From NCBI GenBank assembly GCA_046563655.1, contig JAJCTO010000013.1, positions 248,001 to 312,000 of the forward strand: a DNA stretch of 64,000 bases, written 5' to 3'. Below, one piece after another: positions 25,188 through 40,000 of the stretch. The notes beneath the pieces were generated by a model. That model saw nothing but the letters and a program-made list of their open reading frames with translations. It made no database searches and had not been told where the DNA came from. Numbering within the stretch: position 1 is the stretch's first letter; each line of letters opens with the position of its first letter. Source of the DNA: Yuukianura sp. NJ FZ-2021. Taxonomy: Eukaryota. The translations under genes and the position numbers were made by a program.

Positions 25188-26972
25188 TTCTTCGCTCCTT
25201 TTCTTCTTCTCCTGGAAGGTTACGTTTGGAGTGAATACCCCTCCTTCAATCCTTGAAGGTAGAATCTACTTAATGCTAGATCCTAACACCCCTGGCAAGG
25301 TCTCCTGCAGTAGGTTCAGTCCCCTCCCAGTCCAAAATCTCGAGGTAAATTACAATAAGGCTCCCTTCCTTGAGCATGGGGTGTATTTGTCAACTTATGT
25401 GACATCATCAGTGAGATAGATGGCCTATCGGACTGGCTAGGTCCGGGCATGATGCTCCATGGACTGGGATCTGACCTTGAGTTGACGACAACTCTATGAA
25501 AATTTCTAAAGCCATTCTTCAGAGGGGCTGTGGTACCCTGCCCCTTCGCATCACTAGCGTTCTAAGGAACAGCTGCAGAGACTTGACCTTCTCCCTGTTC
25601 TTAACTATGCTAAGTCCATTGGTCTCAGGCGGAACCTTCGCCACCTCCGGACCTAGCGCGGTATCCTGTTGTCTAGATTCTAGCTTATGTCCTACCTAAT
25701 AGCAAGTTTCAGCTGGTCATGACTCCAGCGTCCGCAAGTGTTCGGATTATCCTTCGACTAAGAGCAGTCATGGGGCATTCTCGCCAAATACCATGACCCC
25801 GGTCAAACATACACCAGTTGCTAAGGGTCTACCTCTTGACCCCGACTTGTCCCTAAAGGCGGGAAGCATCAAGTCCTTACGAGGACTCGGACCTAAAGCT
25901 ATTGTCCTTAAACAGTACTACATAGTCACAAGGTCTATCCTCCCTCGTGACGAAGTCATTTTTAAATTTTCGCAAATTGAGCGAAGGCTCCTCCCTTCAC
26001 TCTACTTTAAGTGTCGACTAACTGTAGGAAGGGTTCCCCCCTTCCACTCTACTCTTTAATTATGAAGTGAAAGTTTTGAGAAGAAAAGAAACAGAAGAAA
26101 GCTAAACGGGTTTCCGTCATTATTTTAAATTCAGTCTTAGAAACTTGTATGAGATCAGTAGATGATTACATTGTAGGGGTATAGTTACTTCTATACCAAA
26201 AGCTGTTGAGGTCTAGAGAGGTCATAACGTCAAAAGCCTTTTTCTAAATGCGAATTTACGTTAATCCTGTCTATGTTTGAAAAGACACTAAACGAAAAGA
26301 TAAATTGAAATTTTGAAACATTGAAAAATTGAAACTAAATTCGAAATTCAAAAATTTGTCATTGCATCTCCATGCATGAATTCTACTAGTTTGAATTTTG
26401 AGTGTTCGCGCCGAAATTCTGTTCAAAATTTTAATGAAACTTGTATAGTAGTTAATTAACTTATTATGACTTCTTCAGGGATTAATCAGACGTTATGCAA
26501 TTGTACTTTATTGAAATGAATCAAATCATATCAAATCAGCTGATAATTTTATGAAATATGAGTTTGCTAAAATTTGCACTATTTTTCGGCTTTTCGCAAA
26601 AACAGAATTATGAAATAGGAAGAGCATTAGATGTAACACATGAAACTTTAAAAATTTTGCTTAGAACTGACTACTGAACTGCAAGAAGATAAGACTTGAT
26701 GTTCGTCCATACATCCTACTTTAAATTTTCAAAATTTAAATTTTCGCGCCAAAAGTCATTCTTCAAAAGTTCTTCAGAAATGTGAAAGAGGACTTGCCAT
26801 TTAGGCTGTGGGCTATAGACCTACCCTTGCAAATAGTAAAAATTTTCAAATTCAAATTTTCCCGCCAAAGCGAGTTTCAAATTCTAAGAGCTGCTTTCTC
26901 CAGACGTTATGTTAAACGTTATTCTAGTTGACCTCGCTTGACCTTAAGTGAATCTAGGGACTATACAGAAGG

Positions 26973-26990
26973 ATCTCAGTAGAACCTCCA
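26973..26990 (-). promoter_or_regulatory. Primer-binding site, tRNA-Gln type
   Basis: Minus strand TGGAGGTTCTACTGAGAT starts 1 nt after the 5' LTR. It is complementary (two G-U pairs) to the conserved metazoan tRNA-Gln 3' end ATCTCGGTGGAACCTCCA. Confidence 0.8.
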
Positions 26991-26991
26991 T

Positions 26992-28048
26992 TGAAACGGG
27001 GTGATTTTCTTATGCTCCATTGTTGCGTAAACCTAACACAAATACTATCCTTTGATTGTCCTCTGAAAACAACCAAACAGCTAATTGCAACAGCATAGCG
27101 GGTCTAACACCCGTCCCACCCTAATTGACCTGACAACTTGACCCCTCTGGGTCCCTGGATTCTAGTTAGCTCAATGACCTGAGTGGACCGTACTTCAGTC
27201 CCACTCCCTACCCTACCTTCCACTCTTTACGTGGGGCCGGTCCCACCCGACCCACATCACCTAAGTGTCTCAATATGCTCGTCTAGCTACCCTTATTAAA
27301 TCATGTTTGAGAAGGGAAGATTCCCTTACCTTGGTCAGCTACGGTTGACACCAGTCGAACCCTGGACAGCAGAATCAGCGGAAGTGACGGTGGCAGATGT
27401 GCAAGCTCTCGAAGACGAGGAATTGACGATCGGTGAAGAGAATTCCCAGGAAGAGTGTTTATTGTTCCCAAAAAGACTTATTCTAAAGAGCAACTTTACA
27501 ATCTAGCCAACTGATCTAAGAGAGAGAGATTCTTCCCCAAAAGCTAATTTAAAAATGACTTAACGCTAACAAGTTGCTACCTATATTTATAACCTCGCGC
27601 TTGACCCAGCTTGTCCTTCAACTGAGGGACGCTTAGAGACCTGAGTTCAAAGTTGGACGTTAATGACCAGGATCTCAGGTCCAGCTTTGTCATTAATGTC
27701 CAAGATTGAACAAAGTTACGAGCCTATGCAAATTGATAAAACAGGGATTTTGAATGGGAAAATCAACTCTCTTGCGAGTGGACACCCCATGTTTGACAGA
27801 TGTCAAACTTGCTGAGCAAGTTGTTTTACATGACAAGTCCAAAGGACTTGTCAAATCACCTTTTCTTATCATAAGTCTTGAGACCTCCTGTCTCAATTTC
27901 CCAACTTTCCTTAATTATCAATTTGCATACTCGACATGTCTCTTACCCGGTTTTAACTAGTTTTGTCTTAACTTAATTAGCCGTCCGAATTCGGCCCAAC
28001 TTCAAATCAATTGATTGATTTGGAGATGGCTCAAAATCCGACGTTACA
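26992..28048 (-). repeat. 5' LTR of element 1 (1057 bp)
   Basis: Minus strand TGTAACG...TTTCA followed by the PBS. Contains minus-strand TATAAATA (27584-27591) and, downstream of it, AATAAA (27458-27463). Confidence 0.95.
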
Positions 28049-31000
28049 TATTGCGTCTAACCATCTTCATGGAACGCATCTAATACCGGTCCACTTTGTC
28101 GTAGTGCATCAACGACTATTACACACGGTAAACCACTTGTTGTCAGCATTCATCTTTGAGCACAAAGGAGGAGTGCCGGTGAAATGACAAGCTCGTCCTC
28201 ACTACAGATACCAACCAGTACTCATTTTGACACTATGAATCACAATGACTCAGACGGCAATGGAACTTCAGGGGAAATCCCATTATTACATTGTCTAAAT
28301 CAAAATGAAACATTCCGCATTATTTGTTATCTTGATTAGAATTTTTAGGAAATAATTTTTTATGTCATACTACCACCTTGCACTTCCAATAAAGCACAAC
28401 TGAATAACTGGTGTTCAACAACAATCTGGAATTATATTTTAGCCCAACTCCACTATGCAACAAGTGCATAAATCTAACTGTCATTTTGGTATAAACTAAT
28501 GTGGGAACTATACAACGAAGTTTTAAACATACTGAAAATTGGAATTTATGCCTTGTTATTGCTTCTAACCATCTTCATGGAACGCATCTAATACCGGTCC
28601 ACTTTGTCGTAGTGGATCAACGACTATTACACACAGTGAACCACTTGTTGTCAGCCTTCATCTTTGAGCACAAAGGAGAAGTGCCGGTGAAATGACAAGC
28701 TCGTCCTCACTACAGATACCAACCAATACTCATTTTGACACTATGAATCACAATGACTCAGACGGCAATGGAACTTCAGGGAAATCCCATTATTACATTG
28801 TCTAAATCAAAATGAAACATTCCGCATTATTTGTTATCTTGATTAGAATTTTTAGGAAATAATTTTTTATGTCGTACAACCACCCTGCACTTCCAATAAA
28901 GCACACCTGAATAACTGGTGTTCAACAATAATCTGGAATTATATTTTAGCCCAAGTCCACTATGCAACAAGTGCATAAATCTAACTGTCATTTTGGTATA
29001 AACTAATGTGGGAACTATACAACGAAGTTTTAAACATACTGAAAATTGGAATTTATGCCTTGTTATTGCGTCTAACCATCTTCATGGAACGCATCTAATA
29101 CCGGTCCACTTTGTCGTAGTGCATCAACGACTATTACACACAGTGAACCACTTGTTGTCAGCCTTCATCTTTGAGCACAAAGGAGAAGTGCCGGTGAAAT
29201 TACAAGCTCGTCCTCACTACAGATACCAACCAATACTCATTTTGACACTATGAATCACAATGACTCAGACGGCAATGGAACTTCAGGGGAAATCCCATTA
29301 TTACATTGTCTAAATCAAAATGAAACATTCCGCATTATTTGTTATCTTGATTAGAATTTTTAGGAAATAATTTTTTATGTCATACTACCACCTTGCACTT
29401 CCAATAAAGCACAACTGAATAACTGGTGTTCAACAATAATCTGGAATTATATTTTAGCCCAACTCCACTATGCAACAAGTGCATAAATCTAACTGTCATT
29501 TTGGTATAAACTAATGTGCGAACTATACAACGAAGTTTTAAACATACTGAAAAATGGAATTTATGCCTTGTTAGCGCTTCTAACCATCTTCATGGAACGC
29601 ATCTAATACCGGTCCACTTTGTCGTAGTGCATCAACGACTATTACACACGGTAAACCACTTGTTGTCAGCCTTCATCTTTGAGCACAAAGTAGAAGTGCC
29701 GGTGAAATGACAAGCTCGTCCTCACTACAGATACCAACCAGTACTCATTTTGACACTATGAATCACAATGACTCAGACGGCAATGGAACTTCAGGGGGAA
29801 TCCCATTATTACATTGTCTAAATCAAAATGAAACATTCCGCATTATTTGTTATCTTGATTAGAATTTTAGGAAATAATTTTTTATGTCGTACAACCACCC
29901 TGCACTTCCAATAAAGCACACCTGAATAACTGGTGTTCAACAATAATCTGGAATTATATTTTAGCCCAACTCCACTATGCAACAAGTGCATAAATCTAAC
30001 TGTCATTTTGGTATAAACTAATGTGGGAACTATACAACGAAGTTTTAAACATACTGAAAATTGGAATTTATGCCTTGTTATTGCGTCTAACCATCTTCAT
30101 GGAACGCATCTAATACCGGTCCACTTTGTCGTAGTGCATCAACGACTATTACACACGGTAAACCACTTGTTGTCAGCATTCATCTTTGAGCACAAAGGAG
30201 AAGTGCCGGTGAAATGACAAGCTCGTCCTCACTACAGATACCAACCAGTACTCATTTTGACACTATGAATCACAATGACTCAGACGGCAATGGAACTTCA
30301 GGGGAAATCCCATTATTACATTGTCTAAATCAAAATGAAACATTCCGCATTATTTGTTATCTTGATTAGAATTTTTAGGAAATAATTTTTTATGTCGTAC
30401 AACCACCCTGCACTTCCAATAAAGCACACCTGAATAACTGGTGTTCAACAATAATCTGGAATTATATTTTAGCCCAACTCCACTATGCAACAAGTGCATA
30501 AATCTAACTGTCATTTTGGTATAAACTAATGTGGGAACTATACAACGAAGTTTTAAACATACTGAAAATTGGAATTTATGCCTTGTTATTGCTTCTAACC
30601 ATCTTCATGGAACGCATCTAATACCGGTCCACTTTGTCGTAGTGCATCAACGACTATTACACACGGTAAACCACTTGTTGTCAGCCTTCATCTTTGAGCA
30701 CAAAGGAGAAGTGCCGGTGAAATGACAAGCTCGTCCTCACTACAGATACCAACCAATACTCATTTTGACACTATGAATCACAATGACTCAGACGGCAATG
30801 GAACTTCAAGGGAAATCCCATTATTACATTGTCTAAATCAAAATGAAACATTCCGCATTATTTGTTATCTTGATTAGAATTTTTAGGAAATAATTTTTTA
30901 TGTCGTACAACCACCCTGCACTTCCAATAAAGCACACCTGAATAACTGGTGTTCAACAATAATCTGGAATTATATTTTAGCCCAACTCCACTATGCAACA

Positions 31001-34000
31001 AGTGCATAAATCTAACTGTCATTTTGGTATAAACTAATGTGGGAACTATACAACGAAGTTTTAAACATACTGAAAATTGGAATTTATGCCTTGTTATTGC
31101 TTCTAACCATCTTCATGGAACGCATCTAATACCGGTCCACTTTGTCGTAGTGCATCAACGACTATTACACACAGTGAACCACTTGTTGTCAGCCTTCATC
31201 TTTGAGCACAAAGGAGAAGTGCCGGTGAAATGACAAGCTCGTCCTCACTACGGATACCAACCAATACTCATTTTGACACTATGAATCACAATGACTCAGA
31301 TGGCAATGGAACTTCAGGGGAAATCCCATTATTACATTGTCTAAATCAAAATGAAACATTCCGCATTATTTGTTATCTTGATTAGAATTTTTAGGAAATA
31401 ATTTTTTATGTCATACTACCACCTTGCACTTCCAATAAAGCACAACTGAATAACTGGTGTTCAACAATAATCTGGAATTATATTTTAGCCCAACTCCACT
31501 ATGCAACAAGTGCATAAATCTAACTGTCATTTTGGTATAAACTAATGTGCGAACTATACAACGAAGTTTTAAACATACTGAAAAATGGAATTTATGCCTT
31601 GTTAGCGCTTCTAACCATCTTCATGGAACGCATCTAATACCGGTCCACTTTGTCGTAGTGCATCAACGACTATTACACACGGTAAACCACTTGTTGTCAG
31701 CCTTCATCTTTGAGCACAAAGTAGAAGTGCCGGTGAAATGACAAGCTCGTCCTCACTACAGATACCAACCAGTACTCATTTTGACACTATGAATCACAAT
31801 GACTCAGACGGCAATGGAACTTCAGGGGAAATCCCATTATTACATTGTCTAAATCAAAATGAAACATTCCGCATTATTTGTTATCTTGATTAGAATTTTT
31901 AGGAAATAATTTTTTATGTCGTACAACCACCCTGCACTTCCAATAAAGCACACCTGAATAACTGGTGTTCAACAATAATCTGGAATTATATTTTAGCCCA
32001 ACTCCACTATGCAACAAGTGCATAAATCTAACTGTCATTTTGGTATAAACTAATGTGCGAACTATACAACGAAGTTTTAAACATACTGAAAAATGGAATT
32101 TATGCCTTGTTAACGCTTCTAACCATCTTCATGGAACGCATCTAATACCGGTCCACTTTGTCGTAGTGCATCAACGACTATTACACACGGTGAACCACTT
32201 GTTGTCAGCCTTCATCTTTGAGCACAAAGGAGAAGTGCCGGTGAAATGACAAGCTCGTCCTCACTACAGATACCAACCAGTACTCATTTTGACACTATGA
32301 ATCACAATGACTCAGACGGCAATGGAACTTCAGGGGAAATCCCATTATTACATTGTCTAAATCAAAATGAAACATTCCGCATTATTTGTTATCTTGATTA
32401 GAATTTTTAGGAAATAATTTTTTATGTCATACTACCACATTGCACTTCCAATAAAGCACAACTGAATAACTGGTGTTCAACAATAATCTGGAATTATATT
32501 TTACCCCAACTCCACTATGCAACAAGTGCATAAATCTAACTGTCATTTTGGTATAAACTAATGTGGGAACTATACAACGAAGTTTTAAACATACTGAAAA
32601 ATGGAATTTATGCCTTGTTATCGCTTCTAACCATCTTCATGGAACGCATCTAATACCGGTCCACTTTGTCGTAGTGCATCAACGACTATTACACACGGTG
32701 AACCACTTGTTGTCAGCCTTCATCTTTGAGCACAAAGGAGAAGTGCCGGTGAAATGACAAGCTCGTCCTCACTACAGATACCAACCAGTACTCATTTTGA
32801 CACTATGAATCACAATGACTCAGACGGCAATGGAACTTCAGGGGAAATCCCATTATTACATTGTCTAAATCAAAATGAAACATTCCGCATTATTTGTTAT
32901 CTTGATTAGAATTTTTAGGAAATAATTTTTTATGTCATACTACCACCTTGCACTTCCAATAAAGCACAACTGAATAACTGGTGTTCAACAATAATCTGGA
33001 ATTATATTTTAGCCCAACTCCACTATGCAACAAGTGCATAAATCTAACTGTCATTTTGGTATAAACTAATGTGCGAACTATACAACGAAGTTTTAAGCAT
33101 ACTGAAAAATGGAATTTATGCCTTGTTATCGCTTCTAACCATCTTCATGGAACGCATCTAATACCGGTCCACTTTGTCGTAGTGCATCAACGACTATTAC
33201 ACACGGTGAACCACTTGTTGTCAGCCTTCATCTTTGAGCACAAAGGAGAAGTGCCGGTGAAATGACAAGCTCGTCCTCACTACAGATACCAACCAGTACT
33301 CATTTTGACACTATGAATCACAATGACTCAGACGGCAATGGAACTTCAGGGGAAATCCCATTATTACATTGTCTAAATCAAAATGAAACATTCCGCATTA
33401 TTTGTTATCTTGATTAGAATTTTTAGGAAATAATTTTTTATGTCATACTACCACCTTGCACTTCCAATAAAGCACAACTGAATAACTGGTGTTCAACAAT
33501 AATCTGGAATTATATTTTAGCCCAACTCCACTATGCAACAAGTGCATAAATCTAACTGTCATTTTGGTATAAACTAATGTGCGAACTATACAACGAAGTT
33601 TTAAACATACTGAAAAATGGAATTTATGCCTTGTTAGCGCTTCTAACCATCTTCATGGAACGCATCTAATACCGGTCCACTTTGTCGTAGTGCATCAACG
33701 ACTATTACACACGGTAAACCACTTGTTGTCAGCCTTCATCTTTGAGCACAAAGGAGAAGTGCCGGTGAAATGACAAGCTCGTCCTCACTACAGATACCAA
33801 CCAGTACTCATTTTGACACTATGAATCACAATGACTCAGACGGCAATGGAACTTCAGGGGAAATCCCATTATTACATTGTCTAAATCAAAATGAAACATT
33901 CCGCATTATTTGTTATCTTGATTAGAATTTTTAGGAAATAATTTTTTATGTCATACTACCACCTTGCACTTCCATAAAGCACAACTGAATAACTGGTGTT

Positions 34001-37000
34001 CAACAATAATCTGGAATTATATTTTAGCCCAACTCCACTATGCAACAAGTGCATAAATCTAACTGTCATTTTGGTATAAACTAATGTGCGAACTATACAA
34101 CGAAGTTTTAAGCATACTGAAAAATGGAATTTATGCCTTGTTATCGCTTCTAACCATCTTCATGGAACGCATCTAATACCGGTCCACTTTGTCGTAGTGC
34201 ATCAACGACTATTACACACGGTGAACCACTTGTTGTCAGCCTTCATCTTTGAGCACAAAGGAGAAGTGCCGGTGAAATGACAAGCTCGTCCTCACTACAG
34301 ATACCAACCAGTACTCATTTTGACACTATGAATCACAATGACTCAGACGGCAATGGAACTTCAGGGGAAATCCCATTATTACATTGTCTAAATCAAAATG
34401 AAACATTCCGCATTATTTGTTATCTTGATTAGAATTTTTAGGAAATAATTTTTTATGTCATACTACCACCTTGCACTTCCAATAAAGCACAACTGAATAA
34501 CTGGTGTTCAACAATAATCTGGAATTATATTTTAGCCCAACTCCACTATGCAACAAGTGCATAAATCTAACTGTCATTTTGGTATAAACTAATGTGCGAA
34601 CTATACAACGAAGTTTTAAACATACTGAAAAATGGAATTTATGCCTTGTTAGCGCTTCTAACCATCTTCATGGAACGCATCTAATACCGGTCCACTTTGT
34701 CGTAGTGCATCAACGACTATTACACACGGTAAACCACTTGTTGTCAGCCTTCATCTTTGAGCACAAAGGAGAAGTGCCGGTGAAATGACAAGCTCGTCCT
34801 CACTACAGATACCAACCAGTACTCATTTTGACACTATGAATCACAATGACTCAGACGGCAATGGAACTTCAGGGGAAATCCCATTATTACATTGTCTAAA
34901 TCAAAATGAAACATTCCGCATTATTTGTTATCTTGATTAGAATTTTTAGGAAATAATTTTTTATGTCATACTACCACCTTGCACTTCCAATAAAGCACAA
35001 CTGAATAACTGGTGTTCAACAATAATCTGGAATTATATTTTAGCCCAACTCCACTATGCAACAAGTGCATAAATCTAACTGTCATTTTGGTATAAACTAA
35101 TGTGCGAACTATACAACGAAGTTTTAAACATACTGAAAAATGGAATTTATGCCTTGTTAGCGCTTCTAACCATCTTCATGGAACGCATCTAATACCGGTC
35201 CACTTTGTCGTAGTGCATCAACGACTATTACACACGGTAAACCACTTGTTGTCAGCCTTCATCTTTGAGCACAAAGTAGAAGTGCCGGTGAAATGACAAG
35301 CTCGTCCTCACTACAGATACCAACCAGTACTCATTTTGACACTATGAATCACAATGACTCAGACGGCAATGGAACTTCAGGGAAATCCCATTATTACATT
35401 GTCTAAATCAAAATGAAACATTCCGCATTATTTGTTATCTTGATTAGAATTTTTAGGAAATAATTTTTTATGTCGTACAACCACCCTGCACTTCCAATAA
35501 AGCACACCTGAATAACTGGTGTTCAACAATAATCTGGAATTATATTTTAGCCCAACTCCACTATGCAACAAGTGCATAAATCTAACTGTCATTTTGGTAT
35601 AAACTAATGTGCGAACTATACAACGAAGTTTTAAACATACTGAAAAATGGAATTTATGCCTTGTTAACGCTTCTAACCATCTTCATGGAACGCATCTAAT
35701 ACCGGTCCACTTTGTCGTAGTGCATCAACGACTATTACACACGGTGAACCACTTGTTGTCAGCCTTCATCTTTGAGCACAAAGGAGAAGTGCCGGTGAAA
35801 TGACAAGCTCGTCCTCACTACAGATACCAACCAGTACTCATTTTGACACTATGAATCACAATGACTCAGACGGCAATGGAACTTCAGGGGAAATCCCATT
35901 ATTACATTGTCTAAATCAAAATGAAACATTCCGCATTATTTGTTATCTTGATTAGAATTTTTAGGAAATAATTTTTTATGTCATACTACCACCTTGCACT
36001 TCCAATAAAGCACAACTGAATAACTGGTGTTCAACAATAATCTGGAATTATATTTTAGCCCAACTCCACTATGCAACAAGTGCATAAATCTAACTGTCAT
36101 TTTGGTATAAACTAATGTGCGAACTATACAACGAAGTTTTAAACATACTGAAAAATGGAATTTATGCCTTGTTAGCGCTTCTAACCATCTTCATGGAACG
36201 CATCTAATACCGGTCCACTTTGTCGTAGTGCATCAACGACTATTACACACGGTAAACCACTTGTTGTCAGCCTTCATCTTTGAGCACAAAGGAGAAGTGC
36301 CGGTGAAATGACAAGCTCGTCCTCACTACAGATACCAACCAGTACTCATTTTGACACTATGAATCACAATGACTCAGACGGCAATGGAACTTCAGGGGAA
36401 ATCCCATTATTACATTGTCTAAATCAAAATGAAACATTCCGCATTATTTGTTATCTTGATTAGAATTTTTAGGAAATAATTTTTTATGTCATACTACCAC
36501 CTTGCACTTCCAATAAAGCACAACTGAATAACTGGTGTTCAACAATAATCTGGAATTATATTTTAGCCCAACTCCACTATGCAACAAGTGCATAAATCTA
36601 ACTGTCATTTTGGTATAAACTAATGTGCGAACTATACAACGAAGTTTTAAACATACTGAAAAATGGAATTTATGCCTTGTTAGCGCTTCTAACCATCTTC
36701 ATGGAACGCATCTAATACCGGTCCACTTTGTCGTAGTGCATCAACGACTATTACACACGGTAAACCACTTGTTGTCAGCCTTCATCTTTGAGCACAAAGT
36801 AGAAGTGCCGGTGAAATGACAAGCTCGTCCTCACTACAGATACCAACCAGTACTCATTTTGACACTATGAATCACAATGACTCAGACGGCAATGGAACTT
36901 CAGGGGAAATCCCATTATTACATTGTCTAAATCAAAATGAAACATTCCGCATTATTTGTTATCTTGATTAGAATTTTTAGGAAATAATTTTTTATGTCGT

Positions 37001-40000
37001 ACAACCACCCTGCACTTCCAATAAAGCACACCTGAATAACTGGTGTTCAACAATAATCTGGAATTATATTTTAGCCCAACTCCACTATGCAACAAGTGCA
37101 TAAATCTAACTGTCATTTTGGTATAAACTAATGTGCGAACTATACAACGAAGTTTTAAACATACTGAAAAATGGAATTTATGCCTTGTTAACGCTTCTAA
37201 CCATCTTCATGGAACGCATCTAATACCGGTCCACTTTGTCGTAGTGCATCAACGACTATTACACACGGTGAACCACTTGTTGTCAGCCTTCATCTTTGAG
37301 CACAAAGGAGAAGTGCCGGTGAAATGACAAGCTCGTCCTCACTACAGATACCAACCAGTACTCATTTTGACACTATGAATCACAATGACTCAGACGGCAA
37401 TGGAACTTCAGGGGAAATCCCATTATTACATTGTCTAAATCAAAATGAAACATTCCGCATTATTTGTTATCTTGATTAGAATTTTTAGGAAATAATTTTT
37501 TATGTCATACTACCACATTGCACTTCCAATAAAGCACAACTGAATAACTGGTGTTCAACAATAATCTGGAATTATATTTTACCCCAACTCCACTATGCAA
37601 CAAGTGCATAAATCTAACTGTCATTTTGGTATAAACTAATGTGGGAACTATACAACGAAGTTTTAAACATACTGAAAAATGGAATTTATGCCTTGTTATC
37701 GCTTCTAACCATCTTCATGGAACGCATCTAATACCGGTCCACTTTGTCGTAGTGCATCAACGACTATTACACACGGTGAACCACTTGTTGTCAGCCTTCA
37801 TCTTTGAGCACAAAGGAGAAGTGCCGGTGAAATGACAAGCTCGTCCTCACTACAGATACCAACCAGTACTCATTTTGACACTATGAATCACAATGACTCA
37901 GACGGCAATGGAACTTCAGGGGAAATCCCATTATTACATTGTCTAAATCAAAATGAAACATTCCGCATTATTTGTTATCTTGATTAGAATTTTTAGGAAA
38001 TAATTTTTTATGTCATACTACCACCTTGCACTTCCAATAAAGCACAACTGAATAACTGGTGTTCAACAATAATCTGGAATTATATTTTAGCCCAACTCCA
38101 CTATGCAACAAGTGCATAAATCTAACTGTCATTTTGGTATAAACTAATGTGCGAACTATACAACGAAGTTTTAAGCATACTGAAAAATGGAATTTATGCC
38201 TTGTTATCGCTTCTAACCATCTTCATGGAACGCATCTAATACCGGTCCACTTTGTCGTAGTGCATCAACGACTATTACACACGGTGAACCACTTGTTGTC
38301 AGCCTTCATCTTTGAGCACAAAGGAGAAGTGCCGGTGAAATGACAAGCTCGTCCTCACTACAGATACCAACCAGTACTCATTTTGACACTATGAATCACA
38401 ATGACTCAGACGGCAATGGAACTTCAGGGGAAATCCCATTATTACATTGTCTAAATCAAAATGAAACATTCCGCATTATTTGTTATCTTGATTAGAATTT
38501 TTAGGAAATAATTTTTTATGTCATACTACCACCTTGCACTTCCAATAAAGCACAACTGAATAACTGGTGTTCAACAATAATCTGGAATTATATTTTAGCC
38601 CAACTCCACTATGCAACAAGTGCATAAATCTAACTGTCATTTTGGTATAAACTAATGTGGGAACTATACAACGAAGTTTTAAACATACTGAAAAATGGAA
38701 TTTATGCCTTGTTAACGCTTCTAACCATCTTCATGGAACGCATCTAATACCGGTCCACTTTGTCGTAGTGCATCAACGACTATTACACACGGTGAACCAC
38801 TTGTTGTCAGCCTTCATCTTTGAGCACAAAGGAGAAGTGCCGGTGAAATGACAAGCTCGTCCTCACTACAGATACCAACCAGTACTCATTTTGACACTAT
38901 GAATCACAATGACTCAGACGGCAATGGAACTTCAGGGGAAATCCCATTATTACATTGTCTAAATCAAAATGAAACATTCCGCATTATTTGTTATCTTGAT
39001 TAGAATTTTTAGGAAATAATTTTTTATGTCATACTACCACCTTGCACTTCCAATAAAGCACAACTGAATAACTGGTGTTCAACAATAATCTGGAATTATA
39101 TTTTAGCCCAACTCCACTATGCAACAAGTGCATAAATCTAACTGTCATTTTGGTATAAACTAATGTGCGAACTATACAACGAAGTTTTAAGCATACTGAA
39201 AAATGGAATTTATGCCTTGTTATCGCTTCTAACCATCTTCATGGAACGCATCTAATACCGGTCCACTTTGTCGTAGTGCATCAACGACTATTACACACGG
39301 TGAACCACTTGTTGTCAGCCTTCATCTTTGAGCACAAAGGAGAAGTGCCGGTGAAATGACAAGCTCGTCCTCACTACAGATACCAACCAGTACTCATTTT
39401 GACACTATGAATCACAATGACTCAGACGGCAATGGAACTTCAGGGGAAATCCCATTATTACATTGTCTAAATCAAAATGAAACATTCCGCATTATTTGTT
39501 ATCTTGATTAGAATTTTTAGGAAATAATTTTTTATGTCATACTACCACCTTGCACTTCCAATAAAGCACAACTGAATAACTGGTGTTCAACAATAATCTG
39601 GAATTATATTTTAGCCCAACTCCACTATGCAACAAGTGCATAAATCTAACTGTCATTTTGGTATAAACTAATGTGCGAACTATACAACGAAGTTTTAAAC
39701 ATACTGAAAAATGGAATTTATGCCTTGTTAACGCTTCTAACCATCTTCATGGAACGCATCTAATACCGTTCCACTTTGTCGTAGTGCATCAACGACTATT
39801 ACACACGGTGAACCACTTGTTGTCAGCCTTCATCTTTGAGCACAAAGGAGAAGTGCCGGTGAAATGACAAGCTCGTCCTCACTACAGATACCAACCAGTA
39901 CTCATTTTGACACTATGAATCACAATGACTCAGACGGCAATGGAACTTCAGGGGAAATCCCATTATTACATTGTCTAAATCAAAATGAAACATTCCGCAT

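Larger units (their letters stand above)
18074..28048 (-). mobile_element. Ty3/gypsy-type LTR retroelement, pol-less (non-autonomous), carrying MMP, Gag capsid, F-box-like and dUTPase-like ORFs
   Basis: Direct repeats at 18074-19131 and 26992-28048 with TG...CA ends. 4-bp TSD TATT at 18070-18073 and 28049-28052. The empty site gccttgttattgcgtctaacc is present in other monomers (~29057, ~30072, ~47341). PBS and PPT are on the minus strand. No RT, RNase H, integrase or protease ORF. Confidence 0.93.
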
